A stretch of 64,000 bases of DNA from Octopus vulgaris (taxonomy: Eukaryota): contig OX597833.1 in NCBI GenBank assembly GCA_951406725.2, forward strand, positions 60,140,001-60,204,000, written 5' to 3'. Each line of letters opens with the position of its first letter. The first letter of the stretch is position 1. The position numbers were made by a program, and so were the translations under genes. Under the pieces are notes generated by a model. It saw only the letters and a program-made list of their open reading frames with translations, was not told the DNA's origin and made no database searches. This document shows, in pieces, positions 13,540 through 27,508 of the stretch.

Positions 13540-13884
13540 TTAATGTGAAAGAAGAAGAAGAAAAAAATAAACAACTGTGATGATTTAAAGTAGGAAATAC
13601 AAAGGTTGTGGTCAATGAAGAGAGTAGATGTGATACCAATAGTAATTGGTGCACTTGGAAGTCTCAGCCCTCGACTACCAGCATGGCTAAAGAAGATCAG
13701 TGCAAGTGTGAAGGTAGAATACCTAGAAAAATCAGCATTGCTTGGAACTGCAAGAATTCTTCGCAGGGTTCTCGAAGCATGACAAATAAATATGTGTCAC
13801 CTTAGTCTACTGGCTGTGGACAGCTGACACTTTCCATCATACCCGGCCAAATAAGCTGAGAGTTTTAATACAATAATGATGATG

Positions 13885-13923
<39 letters not shown>

Positions 13924-14805
13924 TAATAATAATACATTCGCTATCATTCCCAGGTGCCCTGGGATAGCGAAAGGGGCTGATTGCTACCTAGCTCAGATAC
14001 CAAGAAACCCCAAAATGGCAGAAATTCAAAAGATAGTGCTCATGGGAACTGCTCATATCCTACGCAAAATACTTTCTATGTAATCTCAAGTTTTAAAACA
14101 AACATAATTTTCGTTTTTTTTTTTTTTGACATTCACTAGTACAACACTATATACAAAACCAAATATATGGCACACTAGGCATAACAACATCACGAACTTC
14201 CAACCTGTTGGCTCTTGGGGTCTCTGGGTGAGACTTGGAGCCAACTTGTACAAATATAAAGCAAAAGTCAAACATAGAATAATGATAATAATAATAATAA
14301 TAATAATAAGTGTTATCATGTACATTGTTTTGTCTTGGTATAAAAGATGGGCTACAGCAAATATTCTGCTCAATACCACAGATTTGCTTGTCAGTTGTTT
14401 GACTTTAACCAGTTGAGCATGTCCCTTAGTGGCTGACGATATGTGCATCTCTGATCACGAGCAGAAGTAGTGGGGAGCATCATAGCCATGTGTTGAGAGG
14501 GATTCTTTGTAGTTTGAATAATTCACCTCTGGAGACATGGGTGGTTCTTTCAACATCCTTAAACAGCCCTTATTCAGGGACCTTTTGAGCGGGATGGGCT
14601 ACTCAACCTGAAGAAAATTCTAACTGGGCCCCACCTGCAAGGTTATGTGCTGTTTATCTTGATATGAGATCACCATGTCGCGCACATATGGTTGTGATGC
14701 ATGTGCCTGGTGTACCCTTATCAGGCGGGTAGTCATGATGGGTATATCGGGCTTTGTATATTTTACCCCAGTGTCACTTTGATGGCATGAACTGCTCTCT
14801 CACAC

Positions 14806-14864
<59 letters not shown>

Positions 14865-15110
14865 TAATAATAATAATATTTGATAATAAGAATATGAACA
14901 CTATCTCTGACCAGTCATCTGAGACTAGTCATATCATGATCTGGTATTTAACTATCAAGATATAACCAGATATAAACCCAGATATAACAGTTAAAAAGCA
15001 TATTGATAAAACTTATCTCCTAATTCATATAACTGTCTCCACGGATGAAAATGTTTCAGTCAAAGAACTGGGCACTGCGCAGTTTATAAAGAACACTATC
15101 ACCTTGAATT
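13540..15110 (+). mobile_element. Cluster of truncated R4/Dong-type LINE 3' fragments separated by (TAA)n
   Basis: Remnants such as PIVIGALG and IQKIVLMGTAHILRKILS, matching the C-terminus of the 52720-53318 ORF; each piece is bounded by (TAA)n. Confidence 0.65.
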
Positions 15111-15340
15111 TCAAAGCTTTATTGCATTTTTATCATACGCTCAGGTGTGGACCTGGTTTTTTTTTCTTAAATTTATCGGGTCCTAGCATATCTCAACTTC
15201 ATATAATCATCCAATGTATTAAGAACGTTATATTTATTATCTACCTCAAGTATCTGAGTAGCATCCAGCGGATAATGGGCAAATGCAGCAGGTATCAAGG
15301 AAAATTTTTCCTAATAATAATAATAATAATAATGACTTAC

Positions 15341-15348
15341 CTTAACAT
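15341..15348 (-). CDS. Coding exon 1 (ATG TTA AG) of the secreted-protein gene; spliced N-terminus MLRLKFFVSFILGTSYLTLLSA...
   Basis: ATG at 15348, perfect donor GTAAGT at 15340-15335, phase 2 matches exon 2; TATA box ~60 bp upstream of the ATG. Confidence 0.7.
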
Positions 15349-15374
15349 TCTTGTATCCACTTGTTTACTTGTCT

Positions 15375-15431
15375 AATGAATCATAAAGAGTGAGATTTTT
15401 GCTCCTATTTATACTTGTATATAGACACGTG
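15375..15431 (-). promoter_or_regulatory. Core promoter: TATAAATA (15413-15406), TCATT Inr-like site near 15377, E-box CACGTG (15426-15431)
   Basis: Motifs read directly, just upstream of the inferred first exon. Confidence 0.6.
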
Positions 15432-15726
15432 AGGTGGATGTAAGGGGGTGTCTGTGTGACAGTGTAAGGGAAGTGTATATCGATAGAGAGGCAATGCATG
15501 AGAACATATAGCTGTGTGTATGTGTGTGTGTATGTGTGTGAGTGTGTATATGACTACAGAAGACACTGGAAATAATATAAAGAGAGACAATAAGAAAATG
15601 AGCAAAGTGAAGGAAATAACCGGACAATGAGAGGGTGAGAGGAGAGTAGGAGTGAAAATGGTGGGAAAAAGAGAGCAAACTGACAGACAGGCAGACAGGC
15701 AGACAGGCAGACAGGCAGACAGATAC

Positions 15727-15836
<110 letters not shown>

Positions 15837-16009
15837 TGATTGATTGATTGATTGATTGATAGGCTGACAGGCAGGTAATCAGACAGATTGATGGACAGAG
15901 AGACAGATCAATAGACAGAGAGACAGGTACATACTTAGAGAAAGACAGAGAGATATTTTTAAAAGGCAAAATGACTTTCAAAATTTGGGGAAAAATTGGT
16001 GTTTTGAGT

Positions 16010-16340
16010 GTCTAAATTTGACAGGTTGCATAAAAAGAAAAGAAAACACAATGACTCGTCAAAAAAATCAACAAAATATCAACTAGATTATGGCTGGGTG
16101 ACAACATTTTACTCAAAGTAGCTTCCACCATGACCTCAAGAAAGCTCTGAAACCTGGCACATGTGTTCCTCACTGCATCCCTGGGAAGAACAGCAAACAC
16201 CTCCTTAAACTTGGTCACCAGCATCAACTTGGTTTTGCAGACAAAGTGGTTGATGTTTTTGTCTACCATGCCATATAGCCTCCATGTGACCCTGCCAGTT
16301 ATGTAACACCAACATTGGCCATATTGCCTCCTACACATTT
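16010..16340 (-). pseudogene. Tc1/mariner-superfamily transposase C-terminal fragment
   Basis: KEVFAVLPRDAVRNTCARFQSFLEVMVEA resembles IS630-Tc1-mariner C-termini. Confidence 0.5.
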
Positions 16341-16816
16341 ATATATATATTTACACACACACACACACACACAAACATATATATGGGCCGGTGGCACGTA
16401 AAATGAACCACTTGAGCGTGATCGTTACCAGCGTCACCTTACTGGCTCTTGTGCCGGTGGCATGGGAAAAAGCAGTCGAGTGAGGTCGTTGCCAGTGCTG
16501 CTGGACTGGCTCCTGTGCAGGTGGCACGTAAAAAACACCATTTGAGCTTGACCGTTGCCAGTACTGCCTGACTGGCCCTCATGCCGGTGGCACGTAAAAG
16601 CACCCACTACACTCTCAGAGTGGTTGGCATTAGGAAGGGCATCCATCTGTAGAAACTCTGCCAGATCAAGATTGGAGCCTGGTGCAGCCATCTGGTTCGC
16701 CAGACCTCAGTCAAATCGTCCAACCCATGCTAACATGGAAAGCAGATGTTAAACGATGATGATGATGACATATATGTATGTATGCATGTATAGGTACACA
16801 TACATGTGTGTGTATG

Positions 16817-16858
<42 letters not shown>

Positions 16859-16919
16859 TACATATGTATATATATATATACATATGTATATATATATGCA
16901 TATATATATACATATATAC

Positions 16920-16962
<43 letters not shown>

Positions 16963-16982
16963 CATATATACACATATACATA

Positions 16983-18255
16983 CAGGGGTTGGGCAAAATA
17001 ATGGAAATACCTAGCATCATAATTTTGAATATCTATAAAACTGTCAAAAGCTTGTTTATTTTTATGTTTTTTTTATTTATTATTAGTGTTGCTTAATATG
17101 TTTTGCTAAAATTGCTGTTTCTTTTCAGATATCATCAGAAAAAGGTAAGTAAAATTCATTAAAATGACAGATCTATTGGACTTTCAAAGAGGTTAGATTG
17201 CTGGTGCTCATATGGCAGGCACTAGCATAATGAAAACAGCCGAAATGTTTGGTGTATCAAGAAGTACTGTCTCTAAAGTAATGACAGCCTTTGAGAAAGA
17301 GGGAAAAATCTCCTTGTCAAAACAAAACTCTAGAAGAAAACCAAAACTTTCAGACAGGGAACATTGGACTCTTATGCAAATTGTTAGAAAGGATCACAAA
17401 AGTACAGTTCCTAAAATTACTGCAGAGCTTAATGACCACCTCAAGAACCCAGTTTCCACAAAAACTGTTTGCTGGGAGCTGCACAAAGTCAGATTTCACA
17501 GGAGGGCTGCAATCAGAAAACCACTGCTTTCAAAGACAAACATTGCAAAACGTTTAGAGTGGAGTAAAAACCTACAGAATAGGTCCCTAGAGCAGTGGAA
17601 GAATGTTATTTTCTCAAACTAGTCATTCTTTATCTTATTTCTGACCACCAGCCAAGTATACGTGTGGAGACAGCCAAAAGAAGCATTTGACCCAGACTGC
17701 CTTTTTCCAACTATTAAACATGGAGGAAGACCTGTGATGATCTTGAGGGCTATATCTTGAAAATCTACTGGCCCAATGGCTTCCCTTCATGACAGAATTA
17801 ATAGTCAAGACTATTTAATCATTTTATCTGATCAAATTCATCCTATGGCCGCGGAACTGTTTCTGGAGAGAAACACAATCTCTTTCAGGATGATAATGCA
17901 CCAATTCACACAGTTGTTACTGAATGGCACGAGGAACATTCTAGGAATATTTTAGTGAAGTTGAACATCTTATCTGGCCACCACAGTCCCCAGATCTCAA
18001 TATTATTGAACATTTATGGTGTATTTTAGAAAAACAAGTCAGGAGTCGATATCATCCACTGTCATCACTACAAGAACTGGAGACTGTTTTTAACTGAAGA
18101 ATGGACAAAAATTCCTTTGAAAACAATTCAAACTTTGTACAAGTCCATACCTCATAGAATTCAAGCTGTAATTACTGCCAAAGGTGGTTCTACCCCATAT
18201 TAAAATAAATTTGTTTGAAATTTTAAGGGTTTTCCATTATTTTGTCCAACCCCTC
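16983..18255 (+). mobile_element. Full-length decayed Tc1 transposon (transposase pseudogene ~17164-18205)
   Basis: TIRs CAGGGGTTGG(A/G)CAAAATAATGGAAA, TA flanks, HTH region plus W.NVIFS, FQDDNAPIH and WPPQSPDLNIIEHLW motifs with stops/frameshifts. Confidence 0.93.
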
Positions 18256-18453
18256 TATACATATATATATATGTGGGTGTGTATATATATATATATATAT
18301 GAAACACATCCATGCACACACATATTTGAATACATGCGCATACATACACACATGCACACATATACATACATACTCATATATATACACACACACACGTAGT
18401 CATAAATGTACACACTTGTGCAGAGACATAATGTATGTACACACACACACATG

Positions 18454-18484
<31 letters not shown>

Positions 18485-18830
18485 ACACACACACACACAC
18501 ACATGTTGTTTCGATGAACAGAAACCTGCTCCAACAGAGAAGGAAATTAGTTGTTTGGTGAGAAAATTTAAATACTCGAGAGGGAGAGAGAGAGAGAGAG
18601 AGAGACAGGCAGGGACAGAAAGAGAGAGAGAAAGCGAGGAAGAAAGAGAAAATTCAGGATTCTCTTCACAACGCAACATATGTTTATCACACGTGACTCT
18701 AAAACAATGATGGTTCAACAAAAGCGACGCAAAAGCAACTCCGATATAACGATTTGATGCTCTCATTCAGTTGTTTCAATATACAGACATCATAAATAAA
18801 TAAATATGTGTGTGTGTGTGTGTGTATAGT

Positions 18831-18893
<63 letters not shown>

Positions 18894-18926
18894 TATATTC
18901 ATATACATACATACATATATATTTAT

Positions 18927-18998
<72 letters not shown>

Positions 18999-19066
18999 GG
19001 GAGGGAGAGAGATAAAAATTTAGATTCAGTTGAATATCGTACTTAAGTTAAAAGCACCAGAATTTC

Positions 19067-19141
19067 GTATGGTATTATCCATATAAATCAAAATGGGATG
19101 ATTATAATCAAAATAAGCAACAAAATATACATATACATATA

Positions 19142-19182
<41 letters not shown>

Positions 19183-19539
19183 TAATCAAAATAAAAACAC
19201 GATGCCAAGGATTCAGCGGTACATATGTTTCGGGCCTTTATTAGACGGATTTATAACAATGCATAATGTGTGTCTATGGCCTTCTTCAGCCGCGCACAAC
19301 TACTACCTCAAGGACATGTATTACATCAAAAATTCTACGTTGGGGATGCAAATCCTCTCATTCGCGTACGACATAATGCGGCAACAGCATAAAAATGAAG
19401 CGTCCATCTCGTCCTTCTCTAGTAGTTGTGCGCGGCTGAAGAAGGCCATAGACACACATTATGCATTGTTATAAATCCGTCTAATAAAGGCCCGAAACAT
19501 ATGTACCGCTGAATCCTTGGCATCGTGTTTTTATTTTGA

Positions 19540-19611
<72 letters not shown>

Positions 19612-19665
19612 TTGCTTATTTTGATTATAATCATCCCATTTTGATTTATATGGATAATACCATAC
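19067..19665. repeat. Long inverted repeat (arms 19067-19305 and 19420-19665, 114-bp spacer) carrying a hammerhead motif in each arm; duplicated at ~22325-23352
   Basis: Arms are reverse complements apart from the (TA)n tract; the same ORF MPRIQRYICFG... appears on both strands. Confidence 0.9.
19432..19509 (+). ncRNA. Penelope-type minimal type I hammerhead ribozyme (mirror copy on - at 19216-19293; both duplicated at ~22474-22767)
   Basis: GCGG-CTGAAGA-AGGCC...GGCCC-GAAAC-ATAT-GTA-CCGC: stem I GCGG/CCGC, palindromic loop III. Confidence 0.7.
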
Positions 19666-20039
19666 CAGTATGTATTCATATTCGTGTAACATCGTCCCTT
19701 TTTCCGTCCTTGTTTTGTATACATTTGAACCTTTCTTCCAAGGAATCTAATGTGCTTAGCTTAGTTTTTCCTTGGAGCTGGCCAGATTGGAGCAATCTCA
19801 AGATTAGTCAGCTGAAATTGCAAGGATGGTCCGGTTCTTGACTGAAGATTGAAGGCTTTGAATGTCCCGGCTGTGTTTTTTGTAAATGTTTTGAGTTCTT
19901 GTCCCAGTTTGTATTTTTATACATATATATATATATATATATAAAGTCAATTCAAACAAGAAAGCACAAAAAAACACAACAACGTGAGGACGTGGAACAA
20001 ATATAGTATTATTGGACGCTCAGGAAAGAAGGAAAGAAG

Positions 20040-20085
20040 GAGGTTTTAACGTTTCGAGCGGAGCTCTTCGTCGGAAACATAGGAG
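20040..20085 (-). ncRNA. Degenerate minimal hammerhead motif in a (TA)n-flanked repeat; copies at ~23830-23870 and ~49233-49270
   Basis: CCGACGA-A-GAGC-TCC-GCTC-GAAAC-GT(T/C); the 49.2-kb copy has a GTC triplet; stem I is weak. Confidence 0.45.
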
Positions 20086-20303
20086 AAGGAAAGATTCAGA
20101 GAAGGGGAGACAGAGGGAAAAAAATCAACAACGGTACACCCACCGGAATGACCGCTGCCTGACCCGTTAAAACCTTCAGCGCACCCACCACCAGTTTTCA
20201 ACATACATTGATAAACAGTTTGGCCATGGGCTCTTAGGAGCCTCGTTCGATTTGTTTTGCTCCGCCTCTGTTCTGTTTTTGTTTTTTCCAACGGATTTCC
20301 TAT

Positions 20304-20386
20304 TTCTTCCTGAAGAGAAAGACACAATATGGTCTCCTTATTCAATCGGAATTTGGTAAATTGTGCCTTTCGAAACACGTGTAGAA
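20304..20386 (+). ncRNA. Penelope-type minimal type I hammerhead ribozyme within a pLTR-like insert (20140-20600) unique to duplication copy 1
   Basis: TTC-CTGAAGA-GAAAGACACAAT...ATTGTGCCTTTC-GAAAC-ACGT-GTA-GAA. Confidence 0.75.
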
Positions 20387-20596
20387 TGCAATAAAACGAT
20401 TTCTGTTCAATCTTCGTTCAACTCCATTTCTTCAATTCACTAATAATATTAAAATTCAATTATCCGCACCAACGCACGGTTGCAACACCATATGGTTGTA
20501 ATTCCAACCGTGCTGTCTTCTGCTGTGATTTTTGCTACCAAGGTATCGGTTAAACTTTTGATTAATCTGCAACAAGATTATTCATCTTTCTATTTC

Positions 20597-20657
<61 letters not shown>

Positions 20658-20927
20658 CACATACATCATCATCAACATCATTTTACATCCGCATGCTGGC
20701 ATAAGTTTTATGTGTCATCATCATCCAATACAGATCTTGTTTGGAGTTACTGCTCTTGGTAGACATGACAGGTCTCTAGTCTCATTGGTACTTCCTTTAA
20801 GAGCAGGGCTTTAACGTCTGGATGCCATTTTTTATGCCAAATTCTCCTTTATTGAATGCATTTTATCATGCACCAGCACTATAGTGGTTATCTAGTCCCT
20901 GACAAGACTGAAACATCATATGTGTGC

Positions 20928-21033
<106 letters not shown>

Positions 21034-21057
21034 ATAATATGTGGCAATTAGTTGATT

Positions 21058-21128
21058 GTCATAATAAAACTTTAAGTTTCGGGTGCCGGGGCTGACGACT
21101 GCTCCACCATCTCATCAGTTATTAAGAC
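21058..21128 (-). ncRNA. Type I hammerhead ribozyme with a 10-bp stem I (duplicate at 24329-24399)
   Basis: GTCTTAATAA-CTGATGA-GATGGTG...CACCC-GAAAC-TTAAA-GTT-TTATTATGAC. Confidence 0.7.
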
Positions 21129-21133
21129 AAACA

Positions 21134-21178
<45 letters not shown>

Positions 21179-21192
21179 GCATATATATATAT

Positions 21193-21255
<63 letters not shown>

Positions 21256-21283
21256 CATGCATACATACATATATATATATATA

Positions 21284-21352
<69 letters not shown>

Positions 21353-21816
21353 GGAACAAAAATGCAGTAGGAGGCATTAAAACGTTTGGACAGATAGACG
21401 ATACAAAGGTGGACCAGAGAAACAACAATTAGAAGGACAGGTAAAAAATGACGGGTCATTCTTGACTTTCGTTCATCAGTCAAGTCCCAGAATTCACGAC
21501 CCTTTCGGGCAGTTACACTTGAGATGGTTCGATCTGGTTGTCCCCAAAAAGTCTAAGCTAAGAGCATTAGACCCCTTTGTAAGAAAGCTAGTGAATGTGT
21601 ACAGCAGCAAAGAAAAAAAACAGGGAACATGGTACGCAATTACAAATACAAACAACAAGAAATAACAACAGGCGTCTTTTGACTGAGAATGAATCAAATT
21701 GAGCTGGTGTATATGAAGTAAAAGCCTAATATAAACATATATATATAAACACACATACATATATTTACCTTATACATGCACACATGCACACACACACATA
21801 TATACCCTACATATAA

Positions 21817-21858
<42 letters not shown>

Positions 21859-22157
21859 CCTATATATATGTATACATATGTAAGTGTGTGTAAATATTTA
21901 TATCATCATCATCATTTTTAACATCTGCTTTTCCATGTTTGCGTGGGTTGTATGGAATTTTGATGGGGTAAATTTCCTGTGGTTTGATGCCATCCCTGTT
22001 GTCAAACCACACCTATATCCAAGTAAAGTAACATTTTCTCATGACCAGACATGCTCACAGAATATTGGAAACACATTTATAAATATGCAATATCAAGATA
22101 AGGAGACAGTAAAAAACTTACACACTTAATATACATATATATATCCTATTTATATAA

Positions 22158-22263
<106 letters not shown>

Positions 22264-22399
22264 AGAGAGATAAAAATTTAGATTCAGTTGAATATCGTAC
22301 TTAAGTTAAAGGCACCAGAATTTCGTATGGTATTATCCATATAAATCAAAATGGGATGATTATAATCAAAATAAGCAACAAAATATACATATACATATA

Positions 22400-22440
<41 letters not shown>

Positions 22441-22800
22441 TAATCAAAATAAAAACACGATGCCAAGGATTCAGCGGTACATATGTTTCGGGCCTTTATT
22501 AGACGGATTTATAACAATGCATAATGTGTGTCTATGGCCTTCTTCAGCCGCGCACAACTACTACCTCAAGGACATGTATTACATCAAAAATTCTACGTTG
22601 GGGATGCAAATCCTCTCATTCGCGTACGACATAATGCGGCAACAGCATAAAAATGAAGCGTCCATCTCGTCCTTCTCTAGTAGTTGTGCGCGGCTGAAGA
22701 AGGCCATAGACACACATTATGCATTGTTATAAATCCGTCTAATAAAGGCCCGAAACATATGTACCGCTGAATCCTTGGCATCGTGTTTTTATTTTGATTA

Positions 22801-22841
<41 letters not shown>

Positions 22842-22850
22842 CACATATAT

Positions 22851-23080
22851 TACTCTTTTTTTTTTTTTTTTACTTGTTTCAGTCATTTGACTGCGGCCAT
22901 GCTGGAGCACCGCCTTTAGTCGAGCAACTCGACCCCGGGACTTATTCTTTGTAAGCCCAGTACTTATTCTATCGGTCTCTTTTGCCGAACCGCTAAGTGA
23001 CGGGGACGTAAACACACCAGCATCAGTTGTCAAGCAATGCTAGGGGAACAAACACAGACACACAAACATATTCACACACA

Positions 23081-23124
<44 letters not shown>

Positions 23125-23291
23125 TACGACAGGCTTCTTTCAGTTTCCGTCTACCAAATCCACTCACAAGGCATTGGTCGGCCCGGGGCTATAGCAGAAG
23201 ACACTTGCCCAAGATGCCACACAGTGGGACTGAACCCAGAACCATGTGGTTGGTTAGCAAGCTACTTACCAAACAGCCACTCCTGCGCCTC
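22851..23291 (-). mobile_element. tRNA-derived SINE family A (internal (TA)/(TG)n, (GTAAAAGA)n tail), inserted in duplication copy 2 only
   Basis: Same element at 29195-29612(-), 31082-31497(+), 55125-55551(-), 56332-56743(+), 58530-58928(+), 59948-60347(-); partial copies at 28865-29105, 31810-32165, 36530-36760, 60461-60522. Confidence 0.88.
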
Positions 23292-23637
23292 TATATTTTG
23301 TTGCTTATTTTGATTATAATCATCCCATTTTGATTTATATGGATAATACCATAACAGTATGTGTTCATATTCGCGTAACATCGTCCGTTTTTCCGTCCTT
23401 GTTTTGTATACATTCGAACCTTTCTTCCAAGGAATCTAATGTGCTTAGCTTAGTTTTTCCTTGGAGCTGGCCAGATTGGAGCAATCTCAAGATTAATCAG
23501 CTGAAATTGCGAGGATGATCTGGTTCTTGACTGAAGATTGAAGGCTTCGAATGTCCCGTCCGTGTTTTTTGTATCGTCTCCTAAATGTTTTGAGTTCTTG
23601 TCCCAGTTTGTATTTTTATACATATATATATATATAC

Positions 23638-23735
<98 letters not shown>

Positions 23736-24242
23736 AATTCAAACAAGAAAGCACAAAAAAACACAACAACGTGAGGACGTGGAACAAATATAGTATTATT
23801 GGATGCTCAGGAAAGAAGGAAAGAAGGAGGTTTTAACGTTTCGAGCGGAGCTCTTCGTCGGAAACATAGGAGAAGGAAAGATTCAGAGAAGGGGAGACAG
23901 AGGGAAAAAAATCGACAATGGTACACACGAGGTCACATTTTGAAAGGATATATATATATATATATATACATACACATACATCATCATCAACATCATTTTA
24001 CATCCGCATGCTGGCATAAGTTTTATGTGTCATCATCATCCAATACAGATCTTGTTTGGAGTTACTGCTCTTGGTAGACATGACAGGTCTCTAGTCTCAT
24101 TGGTACTTCCTTTAAGAGCAGGGCTTTAAGGTCTGGATGCCATTTTTTATGCCAAATTCTCCTTTATTGAATGCATTTTATCATGCACCAGCACTATAAT
24201 GGTTATCTAGTCCCTGACAAGACTGAAACATCATATGTGTGC

Positions 24243-24287
<45 letters not shown>

Positions 24288-24400
24288 TGTGTGTGTGTGT
24301 AAATATAATATGTGGCAATTAGTTGATTGTCATAATAAAACTTTAAGTTTCGGGTGCCAGGGCTGACGACTGCTCCAGCATCTCATCAGTTATTAAGACA

Positions 24401-24440
<40 letters not shown>

Positions 24441-24454
24441 GCATATATATATAT

Positions 24455-24487
<33 letters not shown>

Positions 24488-24541
24488 CATACATACATAT
24501 ATATATATATATACATGCATACATACATATATATATATATA

Positions 24542-24632
<91 letters not shown>

Positions 24633-25427
24633 GGAACAAAAATGCAGTAGGAGGCATTAAAACGTTTGGACAGAGAGACGATACAAAGGTGGACCAGAGA
24701 AACAACAATTAGAAGGACAGGTAAAAAATGACGGGTCATTCTTGACTTTCGTTCATCAGTCAAGTCCCAGAATTCACGACCCTTTCGGGCAGTTACACTT
24801 GAGATGGTTCGATCTGGTTGTCCCCAAAAAGTCTAAGCTAAGAGCATTAGACCCCTTTGTAAGAAAGCTAGTGAATGTGTACAGCAGCAAAGACAAAAAA
24901 CAGGGAACATGGTACGCAATTACAAATACAAACAACAAGAAATAACAACAGGCGTCTTTTGACTGAGAATGAATCAAATTGAGCTGGTGTATATGAAGTA
25001 AAAGCCTAATATAAACATATATATATAAACACACATACATATATTTACCTTATACATGCACACATGCACACACACACATATATACCCTACATATAAATAG
25101 AAATAGATAGATAGATAGATAGATAGATCCTATATATATGTATACATATGTAAGTGTGTGTAAATATTTATATCATCATCATCATTTTTAACATCTGCTT
25201 TTCCATGTTTGCGTGGGTTGTATGGAATTTTGATGGGGTAAATTTCCTGTGGTTTGATGCCATCCCTGTTGTCAAACCACACCTATATCCAAGTAAAGTA
25301 ACATTTTCTCATGACCAGACATGCTCACAGAATATTGGAAACACATTTATAAATATGCAATATCAAGATAAGGAGACAGTAAAAAACTTACACACTTAAT
25401 ATACATATATATATCCTATTTATATAA

Positions 25428-25513
<86 letters not shown>

Positions 25514-25539
25514 TCACATACATATATCCTATATATAGA

Positions 25540-26118
25540 TTTACCTGGGTGCCAGGTTTTCTTTCCCATCCCAGTTTCGAAAAAAACAGATATTTTGATG
25601 TGGTGTGAAAGAAAGAAAGTTGTAAATATAGTCGAGCTAACGGTTCCTCATGAAGATAATATGGACGCCGCTCAGGCTCGAAAATTGAAACATTATGAAA
25701 ACCTCCTTGAGGAATGTGAAGACGCAGGCTGGAAAGCGGAACATTTTCCTATCGAAGTCGGATGTAGAGGGTTTGTTGGACACAGCGTGAGATGACTGTT
25801 GTTATCGCTAGGCCTAACTCATCGTAAAGTCAATACCACCATGACTGATATCCAATCTACAGTGGAGAAGGCTAGCCACTGGATATGGTTAAAAAGTGAC
25901 GATGAGCGATGGCTAGAAGTATATTGAGTTCTTCATAACCAGCTGATCTAGCAAGTGGGGCCTCATATCAGTGAGGGGGTCGGTGTGCATTGATGCCGTC
26001 GAGAGGTAGGCCCCGAAACAGCGCGCATTCTCTCCTGATGACCCCATACACTTGCTAGCTTCCGGTATACAGAGCTTTTAACTGGTAGCACTTGCATGTG
26101 CAAGTTGTTTGCAAGACA
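25540..26118 (+). mobile_element. 5'-truncated HERO-like LINE: restriction-like endonuclease C-terminus plus structured 3' UTR
   Basis: DILMW..IVELTVPHEDNMDAAQARKLKHY..GWKAEHFPIEVGCRGFVG..VEKASHWIWLK, with one in-frame stop at 25793. Confidence 0.75.
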
Positions 26119-26194
26119 TATATATATATATCCTATATATATATATAAACTTACTTGGAAATGGATCCGTAGTGTTCAATCAAATAATAATATA

Positions 26195-26268
<74 letters not shown>

Positions 26269-26293
26269 GCATGTATATGTATATATATATATA

Positions 26294-26336
<43 letters not shown>

Positions 26337-26367
26337 TGTATATGTATTATATATAGATTTACATATA

Positions 26368-26408
<41 letters not shown>

Positions 26409-26462
26409 ATAAACTTACTTGGAAATGGATCTGTAGTGTTCAATCAAATAATAATATAAATA

Positions 26463-26508
<46 letters not shown>

Positions 26509-26550
26509 ATATATATTATATATATATTTACATATGTATATGTGTATGTA

Positions 26551-26649
<99 letters not shown>

Positions 26650-26704
26650 GTATATATATGTTATTTATAGATAGATATATATATTATTTATATATATACA
26701 CATA

Positions 26705-26748
<44 letters not shown>

Positions 26749-27508
26749 TGAGCAGACAAACAAATAAAGGGCACTCAACAAATTTATTGGGAGTATGGAT
26801 CAAAACAGTTTGATTCAAATTCATTGATACTCTTGAGTTTCAAGTGTGATGCTAGTCTTCAGCCATTTTGAATTTGAATGACGGAAGTGGTTGAGGAAGG
26901 TCATGCAGTGTTGTAGTTTAATGTTGGTATATGAGTAATTGTTAGTTGGAAAATACCGTATGGTTAAAAGGAAACTGATCACGCGGTGGATAGGAAATCA
27001 ACCGCATGGTGGACAGGAAATTGGTTGGGTTGTTGGAGGGGATATAGGAAGGGCGGTGTGTACGAGAATGTAGCCATATATATGTGGGTGAGTAGACGTG
27101 CTCATATGGTTTTGCATGGATGCCTGTATTGATGCAAGTGTGTGCATCCATATATGGGCATGCACATATTCACACACACACACATATATGAATGAACACG
27201 CATGAATGCACACAAACACATATGCTTGCATACACACATGCATACACATGTATGCTCACACACAAACACACACACATACATGTTCATTTATTTGTACATA
27301 TGTATATACACACACATGCATGCATAGGTACATATAAATGAATATGCATGTGTGTGTGTGTGTGTGTGTGCATGCACACGTGTTCATTCAGGATGCAGAT
27401 TGCATCAAATATCCAGCTGGAGGAGGCATCCTCCTGGAATTAAAAATAGCAGTAACATCAGTTCCTACAGAACAGCCATGTTTAAGTGGCGATAAACATT
27501 ACTTCTCA

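Noticed and set aside
18700-18785. Possible hammerhead (CTGAATGAG on the minus strand)
   Set aside because: No GAAA core after the putative stem II
19202-19474. 90-aa ORF present in two identical copies and partly on the opposite strand
   Set aside because: A by-product of the palindrome and tandem duplication; no domain or splice support
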